A stretch of 64,000 bases of DNA from Leucoraja erinacea (Eukaryota): positions 23,560,001 to 23,624,000 of the forward strand of contig NC_073391.1 of assembly GCF_028641065.1 (NCBI RefSeq). The letters run 5' to 3'. The notes under the pieces are model-generated. The model was not told the origin of the DNA and ran no database searches. It worked only from the letters and a program-made list of their open reading frames with translations. A program made the translations under genes and the position numbers. Position 1 is the first letter of the stretch, and every line of letters starts with the position of its first letter. Below are positions 1 to 12,966 of this stretch, piece after piece.

Positions 1-1681
1 GCTCCTGAATCTATAGAACAATGGAAAATGATCACCAATGCATCCACAATTTCTAGAGCCACTTCCTTAGGTACCCTGGGATGCAGATCATCAGGCCCTG
101 GGGATTTATCAGCCTTCAGTCCCATCAGTCTACCCAACATATTATCTGCATAATGTGGATTTCCTTCAGTACCTCCGTCACCTCAGATCCTCTGGCCAGT
201 AGTACATCAGGAATATTGCTTGTGTCCCCCTTAGTGGAGACAGATCCAAAGTACCTGTTCAACTCATCTGCCATTTCCTTGTTCACTGTAATAAATTCTC
301 CTTTGTCAGTCTTCAAGGGTCCAACTTTGGTCTTAACTAATTTTTTCCTCTTCACATACCGAAAGAAGCTTTTACCATCCACCTTTATATTCATGGCTAT
401 CTTATCAGTTTATTGCAAAGAGGAAGAAAGATTCCAAGGGGAGTAAGGGGCGACCGTGGCTGACAAAGGAGGTCAGGGACAGTATAAAAATAAAAGAGAA
501 GTACAACGTAGCAAAGATGAGCGGGAAGCAAGATTGGGTAATGTTTAAAGAGCAACAGAAGATAGCTAAAAAGACGATACAGGGTGAAAAGATGAGGCAC
601 GAAAGGCACTGCACCTACTGTATTATTCCCACAAATACCTGCCATTGTTGTTCTGCTGCCACCCCTGCTAGGGTATCTTTCCAGTCAACTTTGGCCAGCT
701 CCTCGCTCATGGGTCCATAGTCCCCTTTGTTCAACAGTAACACTGACACCTCTGATTTACCCTTCTCCCTCTCAAATTGTAGATTAAAACGTACCATATT
801 ATGGTCACTACCTCGTAATGGCTCCTTAACCTCAAGTTCCTTTATCAAATCCTGTTTGTTACACAACACTATATCCAGATTTGTTTTCTCCCTGGTAAGC
901 TCCAATACAAGCTGCTCTAAGAATCCATCACGGAGGCATTCCGCAACCTCCGTTTCTTGGGGTCCAGTACCAACCTGATTTTCCCAGTCTACCTGCATGT
1001 TGAAATCTCCCATAACAACCGTAGCATTACCTTTACGACATACCAATTTTAACTTGATTCAACTTGCACCCTATATCCAGGCTACTGTTTGGGGGCCTGT
1101 AGATAAGTCTCATTAGGATATTTTTTACGCTTACAATTCCTTAGTTTTATCCATACTGACTCCACAACTCCTGTTTCAATGTCACCCCTTGCAAGGGATT
1201 GAATTTCATTCCTCACCAACAGAGCTCCCCACCCCCTATGCCCACCTGTCTGTCTTTTCGATAGGAGGTATATCCTTGAATATTCATTTCCTAGCCCTGG
1301 CCCTCTTGTAGCCATGTTTCTGTAATTCCAACAACATCATACTTGCCATTTTCTAACTGAGCCTCAAGCTTGTCCACTTTATTTCTTATACTTCGTGCAT
1401 TCATATACAACACTTTGACCTCGGTATTCACTTCCCCTCTCACACCGCACACAGTTGGCCCTGGCCTTACTCTCTTATCCCTTCTCAAACTTTCCTTCAC
1501 AACGATTCTGGAGTCTTTTGTAACTTTTCCTGTACTCCCTTCCCCTTTAACTCCATCTTTATACTCCCAATTTGTCAATCCGTCCCCCTCACTGTTTAGT
1601 TTAAACCCACACGTGTAGCCTTAGCAAACCTGCCTGCCAGAACGTCAGTCCCCCTCCAGTTAAGGTGTAACCCGTTCCTTT
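1..1681 (-). mobile_element. CR1/HER1-type LINE, degraded: ORF1 C-terminus, ORF2 AP-endonuclease and linker; continues past window start
   Basis: Minus-strand peptides NGLHLNWRGTDVLAGRF (SGNH-type CR1 ORF1 end, ~1600-1680), KVLYMNARSIRNK...VVGITETWL, VVMGDFN...LDIVL...GSDHNMV (APE motifs) and KSFFRYVKRKK...EMADELNRYFGSV. Broken by frameshifts and an internal inversion at ~404-608. Confidence 0.9.
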
Positions 1682-2535
1682 GTAACAAATACCTTTGTTA
1701 CTCTTGTAATTTGCTCATTTAATGTTAGGTTGTAAAACATTATTATTATTGATGCAATACGGGGCCCCTCGAGTACAGATGGGATCTAATCACAGTCTAA
1801 TCAATGCTTAATATATCAATGTTAGCACCTTGATTTGCATTCACTTTCTGTGCTACAACTATCCAAAATGTTTAGCAATTTTTTCTGCTGCCTATTCCTC
1901 TGAACTAATTGTTTGATTTTTATCCACAATAATTTCAGATCCTTTAATTTTACTGAGAGGTGCATTGCTTCCAGTTGGCACACATTTCCATTTCTGGCCA
2001 TTTGCTTTATCAGCACTTCTCCACGTTGAATTCGATGTGTGGTTCTCATAAAATAGAATCTCCAAATTTATGTGCTGAACAGTATTTGCTTTGTCTTTCA
2101 TCATTTCTAAACTTAACTACATTGGTTGTAATAGCTTTATTTACCTTTAAAGGTAATTGACTTTGAGATGTCATTTTCCAACTTGAAAATGTTCCATTTG
2201 TCAATTATTTTATTTCTAAACTGATTTTATGTGCCATTCGCAATTTTATAAATGATCTATTAATTCCATGTTTTCAAATTTGTTAAATGTTTCTTATTGC
2301 ATTTACTTTTTTTAATAACATTCACCATGCTGTCCTAATAATTATGGTAAAGAACCTTACCCTTTTTCTGAACATCTTCAGGTGCACATTCATTCCATGT
2401 CCACATTCACAGGTCGAGTTCCTTCCAAACATTAAATTATTCTCTTAATTAAGTACAACTTCAAAAGATTATTGAGCTCTTTGGATTGTTTTAAACGTTT
2501 TGTTTTTAATATCGTATACATAAAATATATATGTG

Positions 2536-3167
2536 GACACAAAATGCTGAATTCAGCGGGACAGGCAGCTTCTCTGCAGAGAAGGAAGGGGTGATGTTTC
2601 GGGTCGAGACCCTTCTTCAGACTGATGTCAGGGGACTGAGCTAGAAAGAGAAAGAATGTAGTCAGAAAGTGTGCCGAGAATCAAGAGTGTTTTATTGTCA
2701 TATGCCCCAGATAGAACAATGAAATTCTAACTTGCTGCAGCACGACAAAATATGTCAAATCAAACATAGTATGATATGACAAACAGGAGAGAGAGAAAAG
2801 CAAACTAGTGGGTCGAGGTTCTTGTTGAGGTCGGAGTTGGTATGCGCCATAACCAACCTCTCAAAGCACTTCATCACCACGGACGTTAATGCCACTGGTC
2901 GATAGTCGTTGAGGCACATCACCTTACTCTTCTTGGGCACTGGTATTATTGATGTCCTCTTAAAGCAGGTAGGGATCTCAGACCTCAGTAGTACCTCAGA
3001 CTACATTCTATCTCTGTCTCACCCACTCTCCTGACATCAGTCTGAAAAAGGGTCACGACCTGATGTCACCCATTCCTTCTCTCCAGAGATGCTGCCTCTC
3101 CCGCTGAGTTACTCCAGCATTTTGTGTCTATCTTCAATTTAAACCAGCAACTGCTGTTCTTTCCTGC
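2536..3167. mobile_element. Palindromic Penelope-like non-autonomous insertion containing a Rex1 fragment
   Basis: Inverted arms gacacaaaatgctg...cccttcttcagactga (2536-2625) and tcagtctgaaaaagggtcacgacc...cattttgtgtc (3037-3128). Flanked by an 18-bp TSD acataaaatat(a/g)tatgtg at 2518-2535 and 3168-3185. Confidence 0.75.
2680..2990 (-). mobile_element. Rex1/Babar-type LINE fragment (RT N-terminal piece plus 3' tail)
   Basis: [29 protein letters not shown]...NLDPL is the typical Rex1 RT-proximal motif; a Rex1-like 3' end lies at ~2680-2745. Confidence 0.75.
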
Positions 3168-4293
3168 ACATAAAATATGTATGTGTTAGGTCAGGATCAA
3201 TTATCTTTGGCAGTTACTTTTTGTAGCTTTCCAAATATATAGTTCATATAGTTTCTTCACCTATGTTGATTATTTATTTGTGCTCTCTGTGCCTTGACCT
3301 TACAATGGTTAATGGAATTAGGATAAAAAGTCATCAGACACGAAGATAATCAACAGCTAATTTGCTTGAAGATTTCTTTTCCAAGACGGCAATATTTTTG
3401 TTTGAAACAATGAATTTTGAAGATGGACATCTGGCATTCTTCACATGCTGATTTTATTGTGTCGTATGATTGATATTTCCCTGCTTTCAAAAATCCTGAA
3501 ATTAATGATGAACACAATTGTGATCTCATGAATAGCATGCAAAACCCTATGCTCCAACAGTTTTGTCAGCGGGTCATCAATTATGGAGGAAGCATATATT
3601 TTCTAATTAAATATTCAGTAACTTCTCTACCATCAGATGACTAACAAACTGACTGAATTTAGCCTGGGAGTGTTAGCAGAAAATTTACACGGAAAGGACC
3701 CACATGTGCCTCCAATACATGATTTGTTTTATCTACTCGTCTCACAGGTGCAATAGGTGCTAAAGTTTGAAGGATGATAAAATATAACCTGCACAATTTT
3801 AGACTTGAATAATTCTCACCTCCCCCCCCCATCCCAGCCCAACCTGTAAAAGGCAATCCAACTAGCTCCATGAGAACAGCTTTGATGAAGAAACCGCCTC
3901 CGTGAATTTCCTATACATTGCATTGAGTACCTTTATTTTTCCTGTGAGATTTTTCATTCTTGCTTCCCACAAACTACGGATCCTCTCTCCATTCCAGGTT
4001 TGCTGGTGCTTCCATGTGTGTTACGCAACATTTTACTGGATAACCAATAAGTCGTACGAATAAACGAGACACTATAATGAAGACCATGCTACACTTTGTA
4101 TTATTTAGTGTAAAATGCTGAATACTTTCGAACTGCAACTGCACACACAGTAAAAATGCACACTGTAACCGCATACCAAATTTTTATATGGGAATAATTG
4201 TGTTTGTTTTAATCATCTGAGGTTCAATTGGATACATTTGACTTTTTGCCTGATGTTCATGGGCAGCCAATTTAAAAATGTTGGAAAGTCTTA

Positions 4294-4758
4294 CGGGGCT
4301 GTCCCACTGCGGCGACCTAATCTGCGAGTTCAGAAGAGTTTGCCCTTGACTCATACTTGCAGCATGGTCGACACGATGTCCTAGGCGTATTTTTCAACAT
4401 GCTGAAAAATGCCCGCGGGTAAAAAAAAGGTCGCCATGGAAAATATCGATCTTTTTTTTCACTCGTAGGTTTAATCAGGGTAGGTCATAGTAGGTCGGCA
4501 TGTTATTCGTAGGTAATCGAGGGTAGTCGAAGGTAATCGAAGGTAGTCGTAGATAGTCTTCAACATAGTCGAAGGGAGATCGAAGGAGGTCGTCTTCACT
4601 CTCCATTATTCGGTGTCCAATTTTCCCGAAGCTAGTCGAAGCTAGTCGAAGATAGTCTTCGACAGATTCGAAGGAGGTCTTCAACATTACACTTTTTCAA
4701 ACTCTCCTAAACACTTCTAAACTCGCCAATTAGGTCGCCGTAATTAGGGACAGCCCCT
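4294..4758. mobile_element. Harbinger/PIF-like MITE
   Basis: Terminal inverted repeats ggggctgtcccact..cggcgaccta / taggtcgccg..gggacagcccc in a TTA/TAA context; internal ~10-bp repeats (gtagtcgaag). Confidence 0.7.
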
Positions 4759-5149
4759 TAACCATCTCTCCCCTGAAGATGCCTCTCTTCAAAATGTAAA
4801 AAACATTAGCTTATCCTGAAATTAAGGGCCATAGGTTTAAATATTATTTGTGTTGCTTCCACTGCACCCTTTCATCAACGGATGTCAGTACCAACATTAG
4901 GTACCCTTTTCCAACTATTGGCATTCTGATGTCCATAACTTAAGTTCAATCCTGTTACTTTCATTGTTTATTTGTCTTGCGGAACTTAGAAATCCAAAAC
5001 CATTTTATTTTTAGATATCTCTTGTGCGTATTTTGAGTACCACTGTTTCTGCTTTAATGCTTGTTTCCATAAAGTGAGTTAATTAGAATGCAATTGATGA
5101 ATTGGGGAACCCGATTTGTATTATGAATTCAGTATAACATGATTTCGAT

Positions 5150-5851
5150 CGGGAAATGGAAACCCAATTAAAAGTTGGAGTGGACTGGAGTGCAGCAGTC
5201 AATCATGCTGTAGAATCCTAGAAAAGAACCCTACAAAGGGTGGACATTGGATCCATATGTCCGTCCAAATAAAAATGGAGCAATTTGTATTCATCTTCCA
5301 TCCCAGTTCTCTCATCGCAGCCTGAGAGACTGCAACTCCTTAAGTGCTCACCCAAGCACCACGGAAATATGAAGGGAGATTCTACCTCTGCTACCCCTTT
5401 AGGCAGCAATTGCAAGACTCCCATTGCTTTTTGCATGATATTTTCTGACTCATTGATTTGATCTGCAAGAAACTTGTTGGATTCCCGTCACAGCGAGATG
5501 TCTGCCAGGGAATGTTGCTGAGTACAGACTGCGGGAGTACATGCTGGGGGACGCACTGAAGCTTGGTGTAGTCAACGCGATGTCTCTGTGGGGTGGACCA
5601 CTGACGAGGGTCCTTCCCCTGCTGGACATTGAGGGGCACAGTCTGGTGGGAGCAGCACTCAAACAAGGGAAGGGATATCACCCCAGGGGGGCAGCCACTT
5701 GAGTGACAAGGGTGTTTTGTTTTTAAAAAAGGTGCAAACACTACTGAGTATGATACTATTGAATGTGTAGAGAAGGCATGAAGAGTTTTTGCAATTTTTA
5801 TTTTGTATATCTTTTATTTGGAATAAAGTTTATTTTTGAAATAATATAAAA
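5150..5851 (+). mobile_element. Tx1/L1-clade LINE 3' fragment
   Basis: agactgcgggagtacatgctgggggacgcactgaagcttgg encodes RLREYMLGDALKLG, a Tx1-like ORF2 C-terminus, followed by AATAAA (5822) and an A-rich end. A related piece lies at ~36920-37080. Confidence 0.55.
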
Positions 5852-6333
5852 GTTCCCTCTAATCTTTCCATAATTATATTTGTATATTGATTTATTATTG
5901 ACCCCTGCACAGAGACACAGCAATAAAATATTTGTTTAGTGTGTTAACCAGGCAAATCATGCCCCATTGTCACTGAGCTAGTGCTATGGGAAGTCGATCC
6001 TTTAGATTCACCTTCTCTATACCCACCATTTTTTTTAACACACTTTAATTAGTTCTCTCATCAGTCTGTATTTCAAGTAAAACATGCTAGCCAAGTTGGT
6101 CAAAGGAAGCAACTCCTGTCTAAGATGATGTATATATATTTTTGCTCATAGATCAGTGAATAGAGGGAGAGAGGGAAACGGCAGATGGGGCAGTCGGGAC
6201 CAACGATTATAAACTCATGACTGCTGAAAATATGCCAAGTGAATTACTGTACTCGCTTGCTAATGTTGCAGTTCTTAATAAATTAAATGCTGAATGAAGA
6301 TAAATTCTGAGAAAGGTACATGACCTGAAGTGG

Positions 6334-6544
6334 AGATAGACACAAACAGCTGGAGTAACTCAGCAGGACAGGCAGCATCTCTGGAGAGAAGGAATGGGTG
6401 ACGCTTTGGGACGAGACCTTTCTTCAGACTCGCCCTGAAACGTCACCCATTCCTTCTCTCCAGAGATGCTGCCTGTCCTGCTGAGTTACTTCAGCTTTTT
6501 GTGTCTGTCTTCGGTTTAAACCAGCATATGCAGTTCCTCCCTAG
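6334..6544. mobile_element. Palindromic Penelope-like non-autonomous insertion
   Basis: Two inverted arms of ~85 bp; 16-bp TSD acatgacctga(a/g)gtgg at 6318-6333 and 6545-6560. Confidence 0.8.
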
Positions 6545-6934
6545 ACATGACCTGAGGTGGGATTGTTCAAATGTTTTCTTTCTGAAAGCAGTCTAATATT
6601 CAAGTAATGTTTGCAGTGCTGCATGAGAGTTAGCCTTTCTATTTCATTTAAGCATTTAAAAAAAAATACCATTAACTTTTTATTGATGTCAGCTACAGAT
6701 CAATTTCACTTTGTCAGCAAGGTATCTGACATTACAATAAATAGCCACCAAACTCTATTGCCAGATATCATTCAGGAACTTTGCCAATGAATAGTTCTAG
6801 CTATGCAGATAATGTTGGCACAGGTGTTATCTTGTGTACTGAACTAGACCTTGCCTGAAGGATCGGACTTCCACGTGCCCCAAAGCTCATTAGTGATCTC
6901 CACGTTCCTCAGATAACTAAGCCTTCAGTGGGTA

Positions 6935-7340
6935 ATAACTCTTACCTCTGGAATCAGTGAGTTGATTTAATTCACATTTCACCAAATGGAGTGAGAAATA
7001 AACTCCTGCTGACACTACATTGGAAAAACTCAGGAAGTGTTGAATTATTTGCGGTGCTATCTTTTGGTTTGAAATTAAGCCAAATCCTCTTGCTGTTTGT
7101 GATGAAGTTAAAGAATTCACAACACTTATGAAAAACAAAGCATTGTCAGTATTCCTGGTGTCATGGCCAATATTAATCAAAGTCATGATATTTTTTTAAG
7201 AATAATGTTTTTTGTAAGCTTGTTTTGGGAAAAATCAGTCTACAATCCCTTATTATGTCTAAAAAGTACCAAATTGGCTGCATACTTCTATGTTATCAGT
7301 ACAAGACTCGCTTCTTGTTTGCAGTTAAGAGAAACATTAT
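6935..7340 (+). mobile_element. Ancient Deu-domain SINE (SacSINE1/AmnSINE-like), highly diverged
   Basis: Recognisable blocks gctgacactac, ggtgctatcttttgg, cctggtgtcatggccaatatt and an L2-like tail caaattggctgc. Identified by eye only. Confidence 0.4.
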
Positions 7341-8453
7341 TCTAAAATATGGTTTCTACTTCCACATCTGGTTAAGATAAACTTTTTTTCCCCAATAATA
7401 TTATTGACTATGATTTTCATTATGCTTTAGAACAACTTTTAAACATTGAAATTTAGTTGAGATATTTCTAAATTAAACCTTTTTTTTTCAGTTCCACTAG
7501 AATGTACATGACTTGGTTCCTTATCCCATTATCTTCCTGCACAACGTAACAGATTCAGTTCACTGATGTTGAATCTTCTTGCTTTAATAGATCATGACTT
7601 AAGCTTCAAACATCCAAGCATCATCAACGATCCAAAACTAACCCTGTAAAATGCACTGGTGGCCCTGTGCACTGACCTTTTACCATTTTGTTGAAATTCT
7701 TTTACGTACATTCATAGTGAAACTCTTCTAATACTTTCAATTATAGTTTTCTGTGAATCTGTAGAAGGGTCACCCAAATCGTCACCCACCCATGTTCTCT
7801 GAGATGCTGCATGACCCTTTGAGATACTCCAGCACAACGGACCTTCCTTTCTATCATGGTGTTCTGAGTGCTGGCAAGATAGTCTTAATCCTATCATTGC
7901 CAACTCTTTCCTTGATCTTTGCTGACCCCTATTGTTTAGTGCATCTAATTCCAAATCTTATGTCTCTTCTAAAATCCTTGGATGGCAAAACTTAATTTAA
8001 TTACTGACTTCCTACTTCCAACAGTGGTCAACATGATGTATAATTAACCTCTACCTCGACTGTGCTTGGCCCAGATTTTTAATTTCTGTCTCCTCAGAGT
8101 CTAAAACTCCAACTTGATCCCTTGGTGTTTTTCTTTCCATCTCTAAATTCCTTCCTTTAAATCTACTTTTCAGGGTGAAGTTTCTGGACTTGTATCTGAG
8201 ACATTGATCTGGAGGAATGGGTTTTACATCTATCATGGCAACTGGAGAACTTAGTTTGTGTAACTAAATAAATCTAGAATTTGAAAAAAAAACACATTAG
8301 ATTAATAGATTCATTTTTACAGATGAGATGCAGGCCCAGTTTGGTCTGTTTCCCTCAATATTATATACCTGTCCAAATGTTTTCTGTAAAATATTGGAAT
8401 TGTAACTGCATCTGCCATCTTATCATTTCCCTGTCTTCTGGCTCTCAGTCTGA

Positions 8454-8682
8454 AACATAGAAACATAGAAAATAGGTGTAGGAGTAGGCCATTCGGCCCT
8501 TCGAGCCTGCACCGCCATTCGATATGATCATGGCAGATCATCCAACTCAGTATCCCATCTCTGCCTTCTCTCCATACCCCCTGATCCCTTTAGCCACAAG
8601 GGCCACATCTAACTCCCTCTTAAATATAGCCAATGATCTGGCCTCAACTACCATCTGTGGCAGAAAATTCCACAGATTCATC
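8454..8682 (-). mobile_element. CR1/HER1 LINE 3' end with (catagaaa)n tail
   Basis: Same 3' sequence as other copies at 21000-21340, 32601-32716, 40268-40605 and 44439-44680. Confidence 0.85.
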
Positions 8683-9086
8683 ACTGAAGAAGGGTCTCGA
8701 CCCGGAACGTCACCTATTCCTTTTCTCCAGAGATGCTGTTTGACCCGCTGAGTTACTCCAGCTTTTTCAGTCCATCTTCAGTGTAAACGAGCATCTGCAG
8801 CTCCTTCCTACACTTTCTCTGGTGGGTCATTCCAAATACTTGCCATCTTTTGATTTGAAAAACTCCCTTAGATCCCCTTTGAATCTTTCCCTTTTCACCT
8901 TCAACCTATGCCGTCTAGTTTTAGACTTCCCTACCAAAGTGAAAAAAAGCTTTGCCTCTCTACCATATTTATGCTGCTGATTATTTTCTAAACCTCTAAG
9001 GGGGTCACCATTCAGCCTCCTTGGCTCACGAGGCTCGGAAATGTTGATACCATTTCATTAATAAGTTGGAAGGTTCACGAATGAGT

Positions 9087-9381
9087 GGCACGGTGGCACA
9101 GTTGTAGAGATGCTGCCTTACAATGCTCGAGACCCGGTTTCGATCCTGACTACGGGTGCTGTTCGTACGGAATTTGTACGTTCTCCCCATGATCTCGGTT
9201 TTCTCTGAGATCTTTGGATTCCTCCCACACTTCAAATGCGTGCAGGTTTGTAGGTTAATTGGCTTAGTAAAAATTGTAAATTAGTGTGTGTAGGATGGTG
9301 TTAGTGTGTAGGGATCGCTGGTCAGTGCGACACGGTGGGCCAAATGGCCTGTTTCTGCAGTGTTCTCTAAACTAAACTAAA
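9087..9381 (+). mobile_element. HE1-type tRNA-derived SINE (V-SINE)
   Basis: A-box-like ggcacggtggcacag, B-box-like ggtttcgatcc, V-domain-like gaatttgtacgttctcccc...cctcccacac, and a (taaac)n tail. Confidence 0.85.
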
Positions 9382-9614
9382 CCTGCAATGGCATACAATC
9401 GGCAAATCATAATTTAAATTCAAAAGACTTTTATTAATTAAAAAAAATCATTTGAACGTTCACATCAAGATTTTGATGCATTCAAATAAGAATTGCAAGA
9501 GATGGAATTTAAGATCCATTTAATACTTTGGATGTTGTATGTGCTTTGCATCAAATGGTTAAAATTTGATTATATTCTACCCTGTAACTTTTTGAAGATT
9601 TCTTTTTTATTTAG

Positions 9615-9667
9615 GTGTGAATCGGATAACCGTTACCTCGGCAACCCACTCAAAGGAACCTGCTATT
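9615..9667 (+). CDS. ATRNL1: Attractin-like 1 internal exon (end of laminin-type EGF region), 53 bp
   Basis: Boundaries ttttatttAG| and |GTAAGT. Encodes CESDNRYLGNPLKGTCY(Y), matching attractin-family C-x-x-x-NRY-x-GNPL-x-GTCYY, and ends in phase 1 compatible with the next exon. Confidence 0.93.
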
Positions 9668-10199
9668 GTAAGTATTTTGGTTTGTCTTTCAGACTTTTCT
9701 GGGTTGGGTAGAGATCATGTAACAAAGTAAGTACTCATTACCCATTGGTTTACGCAGGAGCAAAGTGTGGTTACAAGTGCCTCTTGTTCAAAATGGAACT
9801 CTTTTTTACCATCAAATTATACTCGCCTGATATTTCTTTGTGGCTTTCGTAAAAATGTCAGTTTTAATAACATTGTTCAGAACTTTTGGAAATATGTCTC
9901 CCACCTGAGCTTTTCAAAAGCATCAATGATGTGAATAACCCAAGAGGGGTTTCTTTGGAAGTAGAGACTTCTTCTCTCTACTTCTACAGGACTTCTACAA
10001 GACTTCAGATTATTTAGGGTTTTTCTCATGTCACCTGTAGTGGGTTATTATATACGAGAGGAAGAGTATGGATAACATCCCTGGTTAAACACTACTTTTC
10101 CGCTGTGGAAAATGTGTGTGTATGTAAAGCTGTGTGCACATACATACACAAACGATATATATGTACATACGTATATATGTTTTTATATTAAAAATATAT

Positions 10200-10233
<34 letters not shown>

Positions 10234-10249
10234 GTGTATGTGTATATAT

Positions 10250-10764
10250 CATGCACATGCCGTGAGTAATTACTCAGGGTAGGCACTAGGCAGTCACTCG
10301 ACATTTAAAAACCATAAAAACCGCGCATGCGCAGAAAATCGCAACATATGCACATGCGCAGATCTGTCCTGTAGGCAGTCAGTCAGTCAATCTTAAAACC
10401 ACGCATGTGCAGATTGGTCTCCTCTCCTGTAGGCATACGCAGCACTTTGCGCGCAGGCTGTGCAGCACACGGTGCAAAGGCAGAATTTCAGCTACCTGTA
10501 TTGTCCGTTGTCAGTGAAGGCTTGAAGCAGCGTCCACGACACGCGAGTTGAACATAGTTACGTGTATTACACGTACTGCGGATGCAAGGCACGGGAGTAT
10601 TATGCCTACCTGATCGATTATTAAAATAATAACCATTTAATAATAAATACTGAATTTAGTAAATGAATTGGAAATCTTTACTATTTATATTTAATAATTA
10701 CCTTTTTATAATTTTAGTCATGTTAGGCACTGCCTACCTTGCCCTCCCTGACGGCATGTGCCTG
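10250..10764. mobile_element. MITE (non-autonomous DNA transposon) inside a (TA/TG)n low-complexity tract
   Basis: TIRs catgcacatgccgtgag / ctgacggcatgtgcctg (15/17 match); TA/TG microsatellite on both sides (~10110-10250, 10765-10900). Confidence 0.65.
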
Positions 10765-11849
10765 ATATATACGTATGTGCATATTTGTGTGTATATGTAA
10801 ATAACTGTAGGTATATATGTGTATATATGTATTTATACATGTGTGTATAAATATACACATTTAGTTATGCACAATCACATTTTACATATATACACACAAT
10901 CAGTTTTTTAATTAATTTGTTATGTTCTAATTTGTGAATGAACATAATATAATTATACTGAAGGTTTTACTTTTGCTCCATTGAGTGGTGTGATATTAGG
11001 TAATTACTGGCTGAAACTGTTATGAACTGTTCCTCATTTGTTACATAAGACTGTATATGCAAGGAATACAGTTTATTGGACATACTCAGCAAAGACATGA
11101 CGATATTTAGTTTTTGGTGGACTGCTGTGGTAAACATTTTGATATGCCTCATTTTATTCGTTGAGATGCCTTAATCATGCAAATAATTTATTATTTATAG
11201 TTTTGGCAATGCTTGTTAAATTGGAAATAATGATCCTAACCTGAAACGTCACCCATCCATTTTCTCCAGAGATGCTGCGTGACCTGCTGAGTTACCACAG
11301 CACTTTGCGTCTGTCTTTAATCTAAGACCATGTTGACTTATTGATGAAACTGTCATATTACCTCATTGGCAAAGATAAATATTTTTGTAATTAAAAATCT
11401 TGCACTAGTTCTCACTTCTGAAGAAGATGCCACATTCCCATTATCACAGAATGAGGATCTAACTCAAAGTAATTCACGTGAAAATTTGACTAAATCAATA
11501 ATAAGTGCTGTTATGTATTAAAAATTACAGATTAAGTAAGAAACCCGGGAAATTAGATCATTGCACATTATGAAGTGCGCAAATGGTGTGAGGTTACTGG
11601 AGGAAAAAGATTGGGTTTTAATTGAAAAGTACAATACCATGTTATGTATAGCTCACGTGTGTGCACATATATCATGCATTGTATTGGCTGTGGTCCCCTT
11701 GCAAAGGAACTCAAGATAGAAGATCTGCTGCATAGGGGGAAAGAAGGGGGTTACGTTGCATGGCTAGTAATAGCATCTGACAGCAGTGAGTCAAGATATT
11801 ATCAAGAGATTTCATTTTGGAGAAATATTACATTTAACTTTTAAGATTC

Positions 11850-12120
11850 AGGGGCAGCGCAGTGTTGGAGTTGCTGCCTTACAGTGCCAGGGACCTGGGT
11901 TCAATCCTGACTAGGGGTGCTTTTTGTACGGAGTTTGTACATTCTCCCTGTGACCACATGGGTTTTCATCAGGTGCTCCGATCCGGTTTCCTCACACACT
12001 CCAAAGACTTACAGGATTGTAGGTTAATTGGCTTTGGTTAAATTGTAAATTGTCCCTAGTGTGTGGAACACTGCTAGTGCACGTGGATCACTCGTTAGCA
12101 CGGACTTGTTGGGCTGATAG
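11850..12120 (+). mobile_element. HE1-type SINE
   Basis: Same head and central domain as the copy at 9087-9381. Confidence 0.8.
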
Positions 12121-12678
12121 TCTCAAGAATTAACAAACTGAAGGAAGAATTGCTATTACATTGTTTACTGTGCAATTAGTTTAGTTTAAATGGACACAAG
12201 TAATAAATCCACACCTATTGATTTCTCTTGATTCTCTTCTGAAATGGAAAGAATTTTTCCAATTATATCCCTGAATTTTCCCATAATTCTTTCCTTGTTG
12301 TCATCAACTAGCTGACAATACTGTGATGTGAAGTAGCATTTTTAACAGAACAACCAGGTTGTTTATTTATGGATTTCATTATGGGTTTTGTTTTTATTCA
12401 ACTTGCATTTGTGTAGCATCTTTGGTGTAGGCTGAAAATCCATGCAACTAGGAGGAGAATAGTAAGATTAAACGAGAACTTACCAGTTTGAAGTTTGATC
12501 TGTATTTTATGAGGAGTTACGATGAGGGATTACGTGAAGAAGCCCGCTTCCAGCGCATGCGTGTCATTCTTCAAAGCAGCGGTGTGAGGTCACAGAAAAA
12601 CTATAATGACCTAAGATAGTAAGATTATCAAAGATATACCAGTTTGTGATATGATCATTAGAGGGTGGGAGCGGAGGG

Positions 12679-12791
12679 CACGTAATCCCTCATCGTAACT
12701 CCTCATAAAATACAGATCAAACTTCAAACTGGTAAGTTCTCGTTTAATCTTACTATTTTACTTCGGAGTCACGTGAGTGACTTCGTGAAGA
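12679..12791. repeat. DIRS internal complementary region (ICR)
   Basis: 12679-12757 is the exact reverse complement of 12458-12536 (79 bp). 12755-12791 is the exact reverse complement of 17519-17555 (37 bp). The two halves overlap at ATT. Confidence 0.95.
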
Positions 12792-12966
12792 TTTCAAAGC
12801 TCTGTGACCTCATGCCGTGGAACGAGTCCATGCTTCACAACTGCCTTGGGTATTGGGAGAGAGCATCATTAGTAAGTTTAAAACACACTTATACAAAGAC
12901 TTGTGTGGTAAAAAACAAAATTAAATTTATTAATTTAAATCATAGCCCTGTATTCTTTAGGGCAAA

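Noticed and set aside
4475-4687. Repetitive ORF (DYLRLPS repeats)
   Set aside because: Translation of ~10-bp internal repeats of a MITE.
9087-9160. tRNA genes suggested by A/B boxes
   Set aside because: These are heads of tRNA-derived SINEs with no complete cloverleaf, continuing into SINE body and tail.
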